Below are positions 62,646 to 64,000 of a DNA stretch of 64,000 bases, one piece after another. Origin of the DNA: an uncultured Prevotellaceae bacterium (GTDB lineage Bacteria > Bacteroidota > Bacteroidia > Bacteroidales > Bacteroidaceae); the NCBI GenBank assembly GCA_900316315.1, contig ONCK01000010.1, positions 8,082 through 72,081 of the forward strand, read 5' to 3'. Within the stretch, counting starts at the first letter, position 1; each line of letters opens with the position of its first letter. The notes under the pieces were generated by a model. The model made no database searches and was not told where the DNA came from. It saw only the letters and a list, made by a program, of their open reading frames with translations. A program made the translations under genes and the position numbers.

Positions 62646-64000
62646 CAATAACGAAAAAGATGACCGAAGACCATAAGACGATACAGGATATCATAAAGCA
62701 ACGCGTGCTCATACTCGACGGAGCGATGGGCACGATGATACAGCTGTACGGACTGGAAGAGAAGGACTTCCGCGGGATAGTCTTTGCCAACGCCGACAAG
62801 TTGCTCAAGGGGGACAATGACCTGCTCTGTCTCACCCGCCCGGACGTAATCCTGGACATCCACCGCAAGTACCTAGCCGCAGGGGCCGATATAATTGAGA
62901 CCAATACCTTTAATGCCCAGTCGGTCTCCCAGTCAGACTACGGCACTCAGGGATATTGCCGCGAGATTAATCTCGCCGCATGCCGTCTGGCCCGCCAGGC
63001 TGCCGATGAATACAGCCGTCAGACGCCGGACAAGCCGAGATTTGTGGCGGGTAGCATCGGACCGACCAACAAGACCTGCTCCATGAGCCCCGACGTAGAC
63101 AATCCGGCCCTGCGCGACCTGACCTTTGACCCGCTCTGTCAGGCTTACGAGGAGCAGATAGACGCTCTCGTAGAGGGCGGGGTCGACGTGCTGCTGATTG
63201 AGACGATATTTGACACACTCAATGCCAAAGCGGCTGTCGTGGCGGCCGAACGGGTCTTTGACCGGCACGGAAAGACGGTGCCAGTTATGCTGAGCGTGAC
63301 GATAGGCGACAAGTCGGGCCGTACACTCTCTGGACAGACCCTTAAGGCCTTTCTGACCTCTATGGACTTCGCCCCGGTATTGTCCGTAGGAGTCAATTGC
63401 TCTTTCGGCCCACTGGAAATCAAGCCTTATTTGGTCGAGATTGCGTCGGACGCGCCCCACTATATCTCTGTATATCCCAATGCCGGCCTCCCCAACGAGA
63501 TGGGGGAGTACGATATCACGCCGCAACAGATGGCCGGGCAAATGAAGAGCTTTGTGGACGAGGGGCTAGTCAATGTGATTGGCGGCTGCTGTGGTACGAC
63601 AGATGAGTACATCGCGCTCTATCAGGACATCATACGAGACGACCGTGGGTGGAAAAAACCTCACCAGCCAGTTCTGTCTCGCCAGCTGCTCGAACTCTCA
63701 GGCCTTGACCGCTTGCAGGTGCGGCCGGAGAGCAACTTCATCAATATCGGTGAGCGATGCAACGTCGCCGGTTCGCGCAAATTTCTGCGTCTGATCAAGG
63801 AGCACCGCTACGACGAGGCCCAGCAGATTGCACGCAAGCAGGTCGAGGACGGCGCCCAGATTCTCGATATCAATATGGACGACGGGCTGCTCAATGCCCG
63901 CAAGGAGATGGTGTCATTCCTCAACCTCATTACTGCTGACCCCGACATCTGCCACGTGCCGCTGATGGTTGACTCGTCCAACTGGGACGTAATACTTGCG
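62642..64000 (+). CDS. metH: methionine synthase (cobalamin-dependent), N-terminal 453 codons (gene runs off the right edge)
   Basis: The frame is open from ATG 62642, which overlaps the smpB stop as ATGA, to the window end. Homocysteine-binding domain [24 protein letters not shown]. The pterin-binding domain begins at [16 protein letters not shown]. Not in the ORF track because there is no stop. The start could be ATG 62660. Confidence 0.9.
   Translation, partial: MTITKKMTEDHKTIQDIIKQRVLILDGAMGTMIQLYGLEEKDFRGIVFANADKLLKGDNDLLCLTRPDVILDIHRKYLAAGADIIETNTFNAQSVSQSDYGTQGYCREINLAACRLARQAADEYSRQTPDKPRFVAGSIGPTNKTCSMSPDVDNPALRDLTFDPLCQAYEEQIDALVEGGVDVLLIETIFDTLNAKAAVVAAERVFDRHGKTVPVMLSVTIGDKSGRTLSGQTLKAFLTSMDFAPVLSVGVNCSFGPLEIKPYLVEIASDAPHYISVYPNAGLPNEMGEYDITPQQMAGQMKSFVDEGLVNVIGGCCGTTDEYIALYQDIIRDDRGWKKPHQPVLSRQLLELSGLDRLQVRPESNFINIGERCNVAGSRKFLRLIKEHRYDEAQQIARKQVEDGAQILDINMDDGLLNARKEMVSFLNLITADPDICHVPLMVDSSNWDVILA

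Noticed and set aside
62933-63541. 202-aa minus-strand ORF antisense to metH
   Set aside because: It lies within the clearly coding homocysteine-binding domain of MetH and has no family resemblance.

Overview
This 64-kb segment reads as core chromosome of a Bacteroidota (Bacteroidales-like) bacterium. The taxon call is an inference: many genes are preceded by the Bacteroidota -7 promoter box TAnnTTTG, and the gene families present fit (DUF6057, DUF5106, BatD-like, OmpH, GT clusters). I call 53 protein-coding genes. Two are cut by the window edges and so are missing from the ORF track: galE at the left and metH at the right. I also call one tRNA-Tyr(GTA), one decayed IS4-family element and two families of short dispersed intergenic repeats. 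Gene order is: galE', rRNA methyltransferase, mtgA, ompA-like, dps, oxyR, a DUF2520-kdsC-maf-tsaC operon, a glmM-linked glycosyltransferase cluster (FemAB/GNAT-like, three GT2, one GT4), a DUF6057 membrane protein with a CxxCH/PD40 lipoprotein, an amidase, mlaD-like, dnaA, a membrane/cytidylate-kinase-like fusion, an MGMT-like protein, an APC permease, rplM-rpsI-rpsB-tsf and the IS debris. A 27-kb block follows that is almost entirely minus-strand: GH78-like, BatD-like, nadE, nucleoside kinase, ompH, dedA, glnS, GT39, valS, AddB-like, AddA-like, tlpA-like, tRNA-Tyr, ribH, TPR, MBL and prs. The window ends with a DMP19-like gene, smpB and metH'. I saw no CRISPR array, rRNA, prophage, recognisable defence system or secondary-metabolite cluster, so I cannot point to a clear novel multi-gene system. 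The least explained parts are listed here. (1) A gene-like but unassignable spacer of about 720 nt upstream of the AddA-like helicase (56197-56918). It includes 471 stop-free nucleotides in the helicase frame. (2) Two dispersed repeat families, one palindromic of about 60 nt and one of about 170 nt with tandem 20-nt units. (3) The DUF6057 + CxxCH beta-propeller pair beside the glycan cluster. (4) Several long ORF-less spacers. All structure and repeat calls were made by eye; no searches or folding were run.
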